Below, piece after piece: positions 49,080-61,942 of a stretch of 64,000 bases of DNA (positions are counted from its first letter, which is position 1; the number at the start of each line of letters is the position of its first letter). The notes under the pieces are model-generated. The model did no database searches. It was not told the origin of the DNA and saw only the letters and a program-made list of their open reading frames with translations. Source of the DNA: Antedon mediterranea (lineage: Eukaryota; Animalia; Echinodermata); contig NC_092672.1 in assembly GCF_964355755.1 (NCBI RefSeq), positions 38,136,437-38,200,436 of the forward strand, given 5' to 3'. The position numbers and the translations under genes are program-made.

Positions 49080-49854
49080 AACGTTGTGAGGTAAATTCCC
49101 GATTGATCGTAATCAAAACGGTACTGGGTATGGTCTACTAGATTTTCTGCTCCCAACCAGTACATCCATTCATAGAAGCCTTGATGAAGCAAGCCTACCT
49201 GGTGGTAACCATAGGACGGTTCCGAGATAACGACTATACTTCAGCTTTAGTCGACAGAAGATTGAAATATTGTTAGAGATAGAGTATACGATGCTTGATT
49301 ATATTGTGTAGATGTATGATTTGTTCTATTTATTATCCAAATGATGTTCCGCATATAGGAGATGAAGATAGTAGGCGTGGTTGGGTGTAATGATTTTGTA
49401 TATTAAATAATTATCCTACACTGCTTATTATGCGATAAATAATATTTTATATATTTTTAAAATATTTATTGTTATGAATTATAATATTAATAAAAATATA
49501 TTTGTTAGTATAAATAAAAAAAAAAAAAAAATAATAAAAAATAAAATATAGATATAAAGAAGAAAAGCAAAGAGATTATGGAGCGGCTATTCCTGAATAT
49601 ACAATAATAAGTATCGTAAGTTTAATTTATAAATTTTAGGCGATCTTGTCAAAGGTCAAGCGCCTATAGCCTGCCATGTTCTGGTCAAGTTCAATATTGA
49701 ATATCGAAACGTGGCAGGCTATAGGCGCTTGACCTTTGACAAGATCGCCTAAAATTTATAAATTAAACTTACGATACTTATTATTGTATATTCAGGAATA
49801 GCCGCTCCATAATCTCTTTGCTTTTCTTCTTTATATCTATATTTTATTTTTTAT

Positions 49855-49891
<37 letters not shown>

Positions 49892-50325
49892 TTATACTAA
49901 CAAATATATTTTTATTAATATTATAATTCATAACAATAAATATTTTAAAAATATATAAAATATTATTTATCGCATAATAAGCAGTGTAGGATAATTATTT
50001 AATATACAAAATCATTACACCCAACCACGCCTACTATCTTCATCTCCTATATGCGGAACATCATTTGGATAATAAATAGAACAAATCATACATCTACACA
50101 ATATAATCAAGCATCGTATACTCTATCTCTAACAATATTTCAATCTTCTATCGACTAAAGCTGAAGTATAGTCGTTATCTCGGAACCGTCCTATGGTTAC
50201 CACCAGGTAGGCTTGCTTCATCAAGGCTTCTATGAATGGATGTACTGGTTGGGAGCAGAAAATCTAGTAGACCATACCCAGTACCGTTTTGATTACGATC
50301 AATCGGGAATTTACCTCACAACGTT
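49080..50325. repeat. Long near-perfect inverted repeat (palindrome): arms 49080-49680 and 49708-50325, 27-nt spacer
   Basis: Right arm is the reverse complement of the left arm; differences seen are 2 substitutions and A16 versus T33 homopolymer length. Confidence 0.95.
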
Positions 50326-52604
50326 AACTGGACTGGTTCCAATTTTAAATCGGATTTACTCCTTCCAGGCACAATATGTAAATGAATGCCTATCTTTTGT
50401 GTTATGCCACCGTAGTTATTTTTATTTATCCTGAATGCGTTGCGCGCTATATATTTTCTATTTGAAACAGGCCTAGAATAGAGTGAACTCTAAAATATGA
50501 TTAATATTAATATCATATTAATATTTATATCTTGATTTTCTATATAACGTACGGTGATCATTTGGCGAATATCATTTGAATATTCCTCTGTGTCTTTAAT
50601 GTCTATGATGTGTACAACGTAAGTATACGTATGACGTACCATATGTGCCAATATGTTGATCATTTTACCAATATTAAGCCCAACCGCCACGTACATTATC
50701 GCACGCGTGTAACCCTCGCGTGTCCTACAAACATTAAACGCGTAACATTACAATTATTTTCAACCCAACAGTCTACCACTCGAGGAATGATTACATTCAA
50801 GGTTAAGAATATAGGTCAAACACTGAATGAAATCTCAAACCTTCTATAATTTGTTTTCAATATTCTTCCAGTCAATAACTTCGTAATTAGGCGTTGTTGA
50901 TCCAACCAATATCCTAATTAGTTTTCGTTCTATCTTGATTTCATTCAATGCTTTCGCTTTTGTTGTAGCCCTCAATACTCCGGGGATGTACAACAATGGG
51001 TCGGTTCGTCCCTAATACTATATGATATGTATGCTTTGTTAATTGTTCCATACGATATTCGTCTAGAATATCGATTAAGGTATACTCTGTGACGTATTGG
51101 ATATAAGACCAGTAGTGGATTCATTCAGATTAGCATAATCGATGTTTATTGTTAATCTTTACCCCACTTTGTATTATAAAATAAATTTTCCACCACCACT
51201 ATACCTACGGTACTTTTGCTATAATTATCATTTTAAAATGTCCATCCCTTTTCTGAAATCCATAGACACAGCATTTCGCAAGACCATTTATCCCATCAAC
51301 ATAGTAGTAGGCCTACTCGTGCGTGACAAATGCTAATAGATAGTTCTCATACTATTAAAGGCAAACAAACACAATTTGCAACAATTTTTTTAGGTCAATT
51401 TTTGTCGTTAAACCAAATAAAACAATAATTTAAATTTATCGGAGACCTATAAAATACCAACAAAATGTCGATCATATTGTAATGTAAATGATTGATCATT
51501 TATTATTTTAATATCGAAATCAATTTTTGACCGCATTTTTTAAATTAATTTATTATTGATTTTGTTTGTTTTAATGCATAACTCACAGCAGGCAAGCACA
51601 ATAATAAATTGTTGTACTTTTTTTTACATTTTCGACAAAATCCCTCAAAATCAAAATCCCTGAACTACATTCAAATTTGCGTGATATATCATCTACTTTG
51701 CACATCATGATCAAGTGTGTTAAGTCAGTACCGACCATTCCATGTATGTGATGTAATATAAAATCATTGTAATAAATAAATTTAACAAAAATAACATTTT
51801 TTTGTATATTTTATATAAGGGAGCTTTCGAGCGTGCGCAGAATTTCACGCGTGCGCAAAACAAGTATGGGCCGAACTCGGCGACAACGCGTAGTTAGTTG
51901 AGTTAGTTAGCGCGTCGTGTAAACAAAAGTAAAAATGAGAAAAAACTGAACAACTAAATTACATTTAAAAAACGAAGACTGATTCAGTAAAGAATGTATA
52001 TGTAATACATAAACTTTACACAGCTTTTAGTTGTCGTCAGCCGATGACGTGTTTTTAGACATCTAAGAATGAGGAACATTAACGTAAAACAACGGCAATT
52101 AAATACAATTTATATTGGAATTATTCACACATAAATGCGCTCTTCTATCTTTCAGCGAAATTTCATCCTTGATAAAATTATTTTCTTAGCGTTATAAAGT
52201 GTTTTCCTGACACATTTAGATTCCCATAAGAGGAAATTCATGCTAATTTACCCAGTGACAAAATATACAATGAAAATACATTGATATAGGTGTCTCAATG
52301 TCAATTCTGGATTAACCGTTTATTGTCGTATTTAGTTTAGCGAAGCAATAGCATTCATTTCCACTAACATAATAACACTTCAAAAGTAATCAAATTTAAT
52401 TACATAATTCAATAAACCTTACTTTTCTATATGAGTATCTTTAATCATATAATTGGTATTGTTCGGTTCTGTATTGTTTTCTTATCAAAATCTCGCATCA
52501 TCAAATTGATTTTCATTTTCCTCTATTCTTTAGTTCGTAAACAGGGATACGTATGGTTCGAAAGAAATGAGAGACCAACAATCAGTGCTAGTAAATAAGC
52601 CTAA

Positions 52605-52780
52605 AAGGCCAATTTACACAGACAAGCGGAAATAGAAATTATAGAATCAATGTTATTCCAGTTTATGACCATTTCACAAAACGTGGAGCGGACAGGCGGT
52701 TCCGGATCAGGATAGATACAATGGGACAAGCTACGCGGTTGTTCGCTTACTGATACCGCTCGTCTGTGTAAATTGGCCTT
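52605..52780. mobile_element. MITE with TIR AAGGCCAATTTACACAGAC(A/G)AGCGG
   Basis: About 25-bp terminal inverted repeats with 1 mismatch. Confidence 0.7.
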
Positions 52781-53156
52781 AAGTCACCACATTTTTTTGG
52801 CCAATCCTACGTGACCAGCAGGCAAATTATTTTTTATCTTTAGACTTGGGCCTAAATCTGTATATTCTTCGGTTTCTTACTTACGTCGTCTTTTAAACGG
52901 TAAAAAAAAACCACTTTTAAACATCTTGGCTAAATATCAAAATAAATATTTACAAATATAAAATAATAAGATAAATTTCTGGAATAAATTAATAACTAAT
53001 ACATGGGTTCCAGAGAATCAATTGTAATTTGATATTTAGTTATGAATATTAATAAGAAAATTAATTATTAATTAGTATTCTTGACAATGTCATTATTTTT
53101 TTATAAGTCTATATAACTTGGCGGTTCCTGATTGCCTAATTATCTCAAAGTCCTTG

Positions 53157-53204
53157 GTTCGAGCATGGAGAAATAAGTTCTAACTTATTTCTCCATGGTT
53201 CGAG
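53157..53204. mobile_element. Probable P-superfamily transposon excision footprint (17+17 nt of termini between 7-bp TSDs)
   Basis: GTTCGAG|CATGGAGAAATAAGTT-CT-AACTTATTTCTCCATG|GTTCGAG. Confidence 0.65.
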
Positions 53205-53513
53205 TCATTTTTAAAGGTTTCCTGATAATTAAGACACACTTAATAAACATCTATGCATATTTACTTACAGCTTATATCCCTAAGTACACAAACATATGTA
53301 ATAAAAAGCACTCCATTTACATCAGTATACTACAATTTTATTATTATTTGGACAAATGATAATACAAAAATATCGATTATAATTTTATTACCATATTCAT
53401 TCTTCGTCCAACTTTTACGATTATTGATTTCCGATATTTTAGTGCAGACTTTACTTTGGTCTACAATAATAAATGACTGTATTTAGTGTACAATATTTTA
53501 AAGACTATAGACA

Positions 53514-53795
53514 GTGAGTGAGTGGCCGAGCGGTTAAGACAGTGGAACCGTAATCACGTAGCCATAACATCGGCAGGGGAACGAGTCTTCTCGGATAAGG
53601 ACTATAAACCGTAGGTCCAGTGTACACAACTTGCTCGTGTGCACTTTAAAGAACCTAGTACATCTTTCGAGACGAGTAGGGGGTTACCCCAGTGTATTAG
53701 TACATCACAGCCACTGATCACCAACTGGGCCCTCTGGGAGATCAGTCTTTGACTGAAGAGGTCACCCAGTATAAAGATAAAAACAAACAAAAACA
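53514..53795 (+). mobile_element. tRNA-headed SINE, Deu/Nin-domain-like
   Basis: A-box TGGCCGAGCGG (B-box apparently deleted), central GGATAAGGACTATAAACCGTAGGTCC..CACTTTAAAGAACC resembling the Deu/Nin core, (AAAC)n tail. Confidence 0.6.
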
Positions 53796-53902
53796 AGACA
53801 CAATTGCCTTCCATATATGTTTACATTGAGTTTTTATTTAAAGTAACTGCATAATTGTTTAATATACTATTATAAGGGGTATTCTTTCGTCTTTATTCTT
53901 AA

Positions 53903-54279
53903 AGATGTATTGTCCCTTGAAACACAAAAAAAAGAAAAAAAAAACAAAGATTTCAAACCACGAGTATACATTATGCATGATGCTAATTAGGATTGTTTAC
54001 AACTCATCGCGGTTGAGGAGGTGTTTTCACACAGATCGCGAGGAAGTTGATTATGCATACAGAGTAGCCAAACAAGCGCGTTGCATTATGAGATATGTTT
54101 TGATTGAAAAGTTTGACTGGAAGTCAAAGTTATTTTTTGAACACAAAAACGTCCGTATTTTTGTTAAATTATTGTTATTATTTGGTTAACTCATTTTCGG
54201 TGATAGTTAATAACTATTATGATACTCGAAATATTAAAAAAAAAATTTTTTTGGAATTAGTCAAAGGGACAATACATCT
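53903..54279. mobile_element. Non-autonomous Kolobok-like DNA transposon
   Basis: TTAA|AGATGTATTGTCCCTT..AAGGGACAATACATCT|TTAA; TTAA TSD with AG..CT termini fits Kolobok rather than piggyBac. Confidence 0.72.
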
Positions 54280-55657
54280 TTAAACATCAGTTGCCAAACA
54301 ATCGCTCTAACCTGAGATCCATGCTGCAAAATGGGATAAAATAAACACGACCATCAACAACAAAAACATTAAGATGTTGAGGAAAAGGCCTCTGTAAATA
54401 TCTATATCTAAATATCTATTTGACATTGTCGTTTGCGACAGACGTCTTCCATACTACTACTAGAGAGATAGGCCCATACTGCTACTACTATCCGTCAGAC
54501 AATATCATCAGATATCAGATTTTATGTGTGTTTATTTTATTAGGTTGGACAAATAAAATGAATTAATGAATAATGATATTGTTGTCTAAAATGACCACTT
54601 AATCTTTCTAAATGGTTAATATTTTATTTATTTTGTTGGCGTTTTTTGTACCTAAATCTAGATTAATCCACAGTAATTATTAGTATTATTGTTAATTTGT
54701 TACTATCGTTTATATTAGCACTTAATTGTTTTAAATTCCTGAAACAGAATGTTGCAGTAAAGGGCCTAACAATCAAAATATTTAAATGTAATAATATATC
54801 AGATTACAATCAATAGTTTGCCTTAAGGTGCTTTAAATAAAAACAGATTAAGTTCAACGTTCACTTATTAAGAAAGTACATTCATACAAACAATATAATG
54901 GGCTATCTTAATCGCATTGCCTTTTTTGTGAATAATCATTACAAAAACATTCGTGTCCAGTAATAAGAACTGATGATAGGCGCACAAGACATTTTAATGG
55001 TGTTTTTTGGAATGCCAAATGAATATTACTGTGCCTCGATCTCCTTTTGTATGCAAATATTCTATTTTTACTGTTTCATGTTTTATGTATAGCAAGAACA
55101 AATTTGAAAAAAAAAGAAACTCCGATATACTCCATTACTCCGGACTCCAACGTACCCACAACCACGTACACCACTGTGTGGCGGTATAGATGTAGTTTAA
55201 AACATTCGTCCACACACCTGTGCGCAATTCAGTTAGGCTTATTATTCCCCTATATTTACATTTACATTTGATCATTGCTGATATTGTATTGAATTTTCTT
55301 GTGTCGACACCCCCCCCCCCCACCCACCTATTCCCCCCCCCCCCCCCAATAACAAGCTGCTGTAGACGATACAAACAGTTATTTGATGTACCTAACATTG
55401 TACCTACCAGTGTAACACTTAATAACGACTTAAAATTCCTTTTAAAAAAACTCGAAACTAAAAACGTAAACGGAAATAGTAAAAAATAAAAGCCATTGTA
55501 CAAAAAAAAGCGAATAGAGAGATCTTGTAAAGGTGTATCTTCATGGCAGCCCAAGTGGAGAAGGACATGGACCTCTCGGCGACGAGGCTGTAAAATCAAA
55601 ACTTTTTCACCTAACATTTAGCCTAGGTTTATTATGATATTTGTTTTATCGTTGCAG

Positions 55658-55811
55658 GAATATAGTATCCGGTTTCCTACTGGATTTGCATCGTCAACCG
55701 TACGATGCCTGTGGAATGCAGCTGACACAAACTAGTTACATGCCTGTCTTCATCTTCTACATGTTCCTAATGACGTCCACTATTCCTGTCATGTGTTTCT
55801 TTGATGTACAA
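55658..55811 (+). CDS. MFSD6: MFSD6-like second coding exon (gene continues beyond)
   Basis: ttgcag|G completes the phase-2 codon ATG; MNIVSGFLLD..YMPVFIFYMFLMTSTIPVMCFFDVQ gives further hydrophobic segments; donor |gtgagt. Confidence 0.75.
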
Positions 55812-55926
55812 GTGAGTAATACGCGCTTTCATAATAATACCACTTTTGTACGCGCGCGTCGTGTTTCATCAACTTCTAATCTCATGTAATTGATTTTAAT
55901 CGGAGACGACTTCTATTTTTTCTTAA

Positions 55927-56241
55927 AGATGTATTGTCTCCTGAAAACATGATAAATGAAAACTAATTAAGGGGGTTCTTTGTAGTTTTAATAAAGTTAT
56001 CACTTCCTTAGAAAAAAAAATGATAACAAATAATGGTTTTACTTATAAAATGACAAAATAAATGGTTAAATTTTACCAAAAATCAACTTGCTGGCAGCCA
56101 TTTTGCTTTAAATTACAGTTTTTTCAGATAAATATGCATTTGTTCAATCCAATTTTTGGTCAAAGTGGATAACTATTATGTGACATTAAAATGACATATT
56201 CAACCAAAAATTTATTATTTTTTCAGAGGGAAAATACATCT
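55927..56241. mobile_element. Kolobok-like element, same TIR, different interior
   Basis: TTAA|AGATGTATTGTCTCCTG..AGGGAAAATACATCT|TTAA. Confidence 0.7.
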
Positions 56242-56251
56242 TTAAGTTATA

Positions 56252-56362
56252 AAGCTTGATTCCATCAAGGCACATAACGCCGTGTGAAGTAAATTGACCA
56301 ATCACAAGCGACAGTTTGTCGTGATTGGTCAAATTACTTGGGAAGCAAGTTGGAACCAGGCT
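56252..56362. mobile_element. MITE family B copy
   Basis: TTGACCAATCACAAGCGA..GTGATTGGTCAA..GGAACCAGGCT. Confidence 0.65.
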
Positions 56363-57662
56363 TTAGTAAAATGATCGTAAACCATTATGCCTACATATTT
56401 TTTTCACGAATGTTCGCTGGCATTTATAAATTATTAATTTCCCCGAAATGACTGTTGTTAACAATATGTTGATCATTTATTTAATAAATATGGTGATATA
56501 ATCAGAATTTGTTTATTATGGCCACCATATTGTTCATAGGAACGGTGAATATTATTATATTGCATGATTATACCTTTTGATTTGTAGGTGAATAGCACCA
56601 TTGTCTATACATACTGTTTATTATCATTTTTAGAAATTCTCAATTTTGAAAAACGCTTTAACAGCGTGTGACCCAGACCACATTATAAACATTTAAATCT
56701 TGTCTGGTAAATATGAGATCCAAATGATATCAACATGCTCTTCAAAAACTTTATTTATACTCGACATGTAAAAGATAACAGTAAAAATATATACATATGA
56801 AGTACAGAATTGCAATGCTTGTACGATCATAAAAATATTGCTTACCAAAAGTTCGAGGAGCAATGATGATATTAACATGCTATTAGCAACGAACTTACCA
56901 CCGATATTTATTCGAATAAACCCCCGCTTTGTGAACAAACAGCAACCCCATTCGCTTCATTGCTTGGGTTTGATTCATTTCAAAGTTAAAAGTTAAAGCA
57001 TTCAAAAGAGTTCATATGACAATCGCCTTGATATAATTATTTGGCTCTTTAAAAGTCAGCCATTATATAGAGGTATAAGGGTGAATCAACACTTTTTCTG
57101 ATGGGGTCTACTAAAGAAATAAAAATTGCATTGTATAACAAAAATAAAAATTGTATACTTGTAATCTATCATTAACAGAAGCCCACGATACTTTTGTTGA
57201 ATTTGCACTGAAGCAAAACTCAGCGTCTATTTAAGAATGTATGAATAAAATAGAGGTAGTTTTGCTTCATTGATTCTGTTAGCTAAAAGCATTCCCAACA
57301 AGAGTTCATTGACAAATGCACAAATTGGTTATACATTTGTAAAAATAGTACAAGTCGCCTTATATAAGTATTTGGCTCTTTAAAAGCCAGCCATTATAGA
57401 GGCATACTCACATTGTTTGCAAGCACAATGTTTTGGTCATGACCTCATAGGCAAACAAGCCTTATTATATATTATATTACAATAAAGTATAAGAATTTTA
57501 ACACAAATTGTTTTATTCAATAGTGTATACATTGTAGATTTATTTCTATGGGAAAAGGTTAATAAGTGCATGGTAATGCATGCGGCAGTACTTCATCCAT
57601 GACATGATTTCAAGATTGATAGAGAATAAAATGTTTACCCTAACAAACAAGTGTCACCTTAA

Positions 57663-57822
57663 ACCATGTTCACACTATCAAACTTCATTTGTCAAAAAAA
57701 ATGTGATGTGTCCATATATGGACATGATGATGTCATATCACTACCATATTTGAGCATATAACTATCATATTTGAGCACATCACACCTTTTTTGGTAAATT
57801 AGTTTGATAGTGTAGACAAAGC
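57663..57822. mobile_element. MITE family A copy
   Basis: CACACTATCAAAC..GTTTGATAGTGTAGACAAAGC with the same internal motif. Confidence 0.72.
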
Positions 57823-58507
57823 AAGACTCCAATTTACCAGGTTATCAGTAGAAAGGTAAAAACAGGATAAAATAATGCAGTACGGCACGTGATATGAAAT
57901 CAACCAATCAAATGTAATGGATAAAAACATATATATAACAAATTATAGTAATGCCATTTATTATGTTAATAATAATTCAGCATTTATTAGTTTCTTGTTT
58001 TTATGTGTGAAGACATTTTAAATATTGTTTTCTTCAATACTGACATATTGAATAACCGTTCGTAACCATAGAAATGAAGTTTGTGTCACGTCATGATAAC
58101 TTAAAGACAAATTGAAAGAAGAGTGGCGATAAAAAAAAAAGAAATATTATCCGAAATATGATAACGAATATCATGTAGAATTGCCCATTAACTGTTTTGA
58201 GAAACCCAGAATATGTCCGTAATAATGGCTATCAGACACTTAATCCCTTTGCTTATGTTAAGTTTATACATTTAAGAAAATCGATTTTATGTAGACTAAG
58301 TATTTGCTTACAGTTATTGCCTTAAATTGAATAATCCAACACCCAATTGCTTTCTCCTCAATTAAAAACCAATTAACCATGCATTAATATCTTTAATCGA
58401 TATCATTTATATATAGCGTCTTTACTGATCAATATAAAGGCGCATTTGTAAGATTTTGTTTATATTATAAAGTACATTCTTTAAAAACGTGAGAAAGTAC
58501 GATCTAA

Positions 58508-58602
58508 AGCTCTGTCTACAAACAAAAAATGCGATGTTCCATATGGACATGGTGATGTCATATCACTATCTTATTTGGGTATATCACTACCATATTTGGG
58601 CA
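58508..58602. mobile_element. MITE family A partial copy
   Basis: AGCTCTGTCTACA..GGACATGGTGATGTCATATCACTA. Confidence 0.65.
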
Positions 58603-60919
58603 CGATAACGCAACAATGCTTTAAATATCACTTTTGGAAGTGTATGTTATTACGTTGCGTAGGTTGCGTCGCTAAAAGGAACCAAGCCTTCTGTAATCCT
58701 ACAAGCAAATGAAATCAAATAACATTTTTATTTCCTTCATTTTTTTCAATGTACACCTTTTTATTTGAAATAATTGAGTAGATACTTCTATAAACAAACA
58801 GGCATTTAATTTGAAAAATGAGTAGAGAATAAAAATATTATAAAAAAATGCAAATGGATAAAGAAAGGTGTATATTTCAAGAGGTGGAGCTCGTAAAATT
58901 TTGACAAGACCTCGAACACACCACAACAAAAAACTGTTTACTGTCATTGTTTCAACTATTTGCTAACACTCCTGTGGTTAGTAAATGTTAAAGGATATTC
59001 GAGATGTACCTATTAACGTAATTCTTTAACCTCCCGTAGAGGCAGTATGTATGTAGGTGGGCAACACGTTTTCAGTTACAGTTGCAGATTTGACCCTTTT
59101 ATTATATCGCAAGTCATCTGAACAAACCATATTTACATTAGTTTTCCAAAATAATTGTTTTTTCTAGCGACTACTCACGATCAGGCGTCACACGACTTTG
59201 CTTAATATGTGATACATTTGAAACACGTGTGATGCTGTATTACTGAATTTTCCTATGATACTGCAGAAATCAGCTGTCGATTGTCATTGTTCTGCGCAGA
59301 ATACATTTAGACGCAGTAGATGCGTATACGCGTGGCGCGTCATGGCAACGATGACAGCCCCTATTGTCTCAATTAAAATGCATGGACAATTATAGTGAAA
59401 TACTGAATATTTATATTTTCGCAGAAATTCCCTCAAAGGTACGTTTCTATATAACGTCAAAAGGCTTGTGGGTAACTGATATATACAACCTTTTAGTAAT
59501 GTTAATTATCACAATATTCGTCTTCTGTCACAGATAATACTATTTACGATCAATGCTAACTCTACCTCCTCTCAGGATATGTGTAATTTGTGGAACACCT
59601 CGGGACAGAATTAGCCCACAACGACCCTAACAACTCACTTTTCAGGACCGTTTTGTGCCGATTTAAACGTATTTACTTCGGATGTATGTTAATGCGTTAA
59701 TGAACCTTCAAAACCTATTAAATTTAACGAATCATTGTTGAAGGTTCAAGAGTTATCAGTCACTAACTTTCTCTGATTTCTTGATTTAAACCGAAAGAAG
59801 TGCTTAACAACCCTCCGGTTGTACATTTACCGTCGACTCACTAAGGTGCTTATGATAAATATTATGCTACTTATACTGTGTATAACAACTAAATTCCAAT
59901 CGTCTTTATAACGCGGTTAAGTTTTTTTTTAATACAGATAATTATTTTTGTTTAAACTTAAAAAAAAACCATTAAGCATTATGTAATTAAAGCTGTATAA
60001 AAAAATATTCAAATTTTCAAATTCATTTTATTGCATGCAACAAATAAAAGTAAACATTGTTGAATTTTTAAAAAAATACAAGTAATTACAAATCAAAAAT
60101 AATAAATAAAAAAAATAGATATTCGCATTACCAAATAACAAAAATATTAAACAAAGCAGACACTGTGAAACAAGCCAGTGATCATAATATTTATTTCTGA
60201 ATTTTTCCTCCATTTAAGTCCGTGAACTTGATACCCATGATGCCAATCTAATTTCATTATTCTATCTATTATAGTTATTATCTAATTCTACATCAATTTA
60301 CTTTTTGAATCGATCGATCTTGATCCTAAAAATGTTTGGGGCAAAAACAGGTTTTTTTTTAACAAGAATATTCTGGCATAAATTGAAAACTATTCGACTT
60401 CAGGCTTGTCTTCCCCCAGAGAAAAATGAAAGAAGAAATCGGTACGGCAAACCTTCCCATTATGCGTATCGTCGGAGGGGCGCGCGCGCAACGCAAGTTA
60501 GTTGAGCAATCACACGCGACAGTTCGGATGATACATCGCGGCAGAATTGGTCAAAAGCGCTTACGTTATTTCCATAGCAACAAAATAAGTCGTGTCTACC
60601 TTATTATTACGAAGCGTCCAAAATTATTAAATGACAAATGTACGTATTGCCTTAAGCTTCATTAACGGTTTAGTAGTATGTCTTCATAATTTAGTACCAT
60701 TGATGAAGTAAGAAAGTACAAATACCTTAAATATGCATGTGTAGATACTTCAAGTTTCGAATCATGGTATCCATTACATGTCCCAATAAATTGGATTCAA
60801 TTAATTTGCATTAATATTATATACACAGTTATCGTTAAATGCTCGTATTTTATTGATGACGTAAGTCTATAGCTTTCACAAGCTTTTGCTTTTTTTTAAA
60901 TATTTTTCCGCCAGGCTAA

Positions 60920-61077
60920 AACTCTGTCTACACTATCAAACTCTGTGACAAAAAATGTGATATGCCCATATATGGACATGAAGATGTCATATCACTACAA
61001 TATTTGGGTATATCACTACCATATTTGGGCACATAACACTTTTTTTGTCAAACTAGTTTGATAGTGTAAACAGAGAT
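60920..61077. mobile_element. MITE family A full copy
   Basis: CTCTGTCTACACTATCAAAC..GTTTGATAGTGTAAACAGAG. Confidence 0.78.
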
Positions 61078-61785
61078 TTACATTGTATATAAATACAGAA
61101 GTGAATGTAGAAAACTTTATAACTACCTCCTCTCGCAAACAAGAGGACTGGACCTAATTGGAAGAAACACGTACAAAAAACATTGCTCATACGCAATGCC
61201 CTTGTTTGGAAACGTTTAGACGCGTCGTATCGCACTGTGACGAACACTCCCTGATAAAATTCAAAGAAAATGCTTTGAAATCGTGAATGTTCTTCATTAT
61301 TCAGTTAATCAACAAACCTGTTGAGCGTTGCTTATCAACATATCCGCGTCTGTAGCAACAGTGCGTGTTTTTAACAACCTTAAGTCAAACCAATTCGTGC
61401 AGGCAAATATAATATATAAAAACTAATCAGATAAACTATTGTTGTGTTGCATAGCTACCAGGGTAATGATCTATTGATGCTCAAGAATTAATAAACTGTA
61501 AATTGTAAAAGTATAATTATTTCGATCACAAAATAAATGTTTCGGCTTTTACTGAAATTCGTTAATTGTACTCGTACAAGACGATGTTCTTACTTAAACG
61601 GATAGTTCTCTAGTCTTAATCTTTTCTTGTAGTTTGGATTGGAAGGGTTTTATTTTAGGAAAATTTATTTAAAGATGATGTGTAAAAAACTGTGTTATGT
61701 ACTATAAAAATTTCACAAATCCATTATATCTTCTATGAAAGATAATGATATGATCTTTTTTAAAGTAAACGCAGCTATCAACTTA

Positions 61786-61942
61786 CGCTTGGTTCCCACT
61801 AGGACGTAGCGCAAGGACTTAAATGCAACTTAAGTGAGTTGACCAATGACAAGCGACAGTTCAAATAATTCATCGATTGTGATTGGTCAACTCACTTACG
61901 GTGCGTTACGTCCTTGTGTTGCATCTCTAGTGGGAACTAAGC
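61786..61942. mobile_element. MITE family B copy
   Basis: GCTTGGTTCCCACTAGGACG..CTAGTGGGAACTAAGC. Confidence 0.75.

Noticed and set aside
55135-55617. 160-aa minus ORF and poly-Pro/Gly ORFs
   Set aside because: Produced by intronic poly-C tracts (about 55308-55347); no family similarity.
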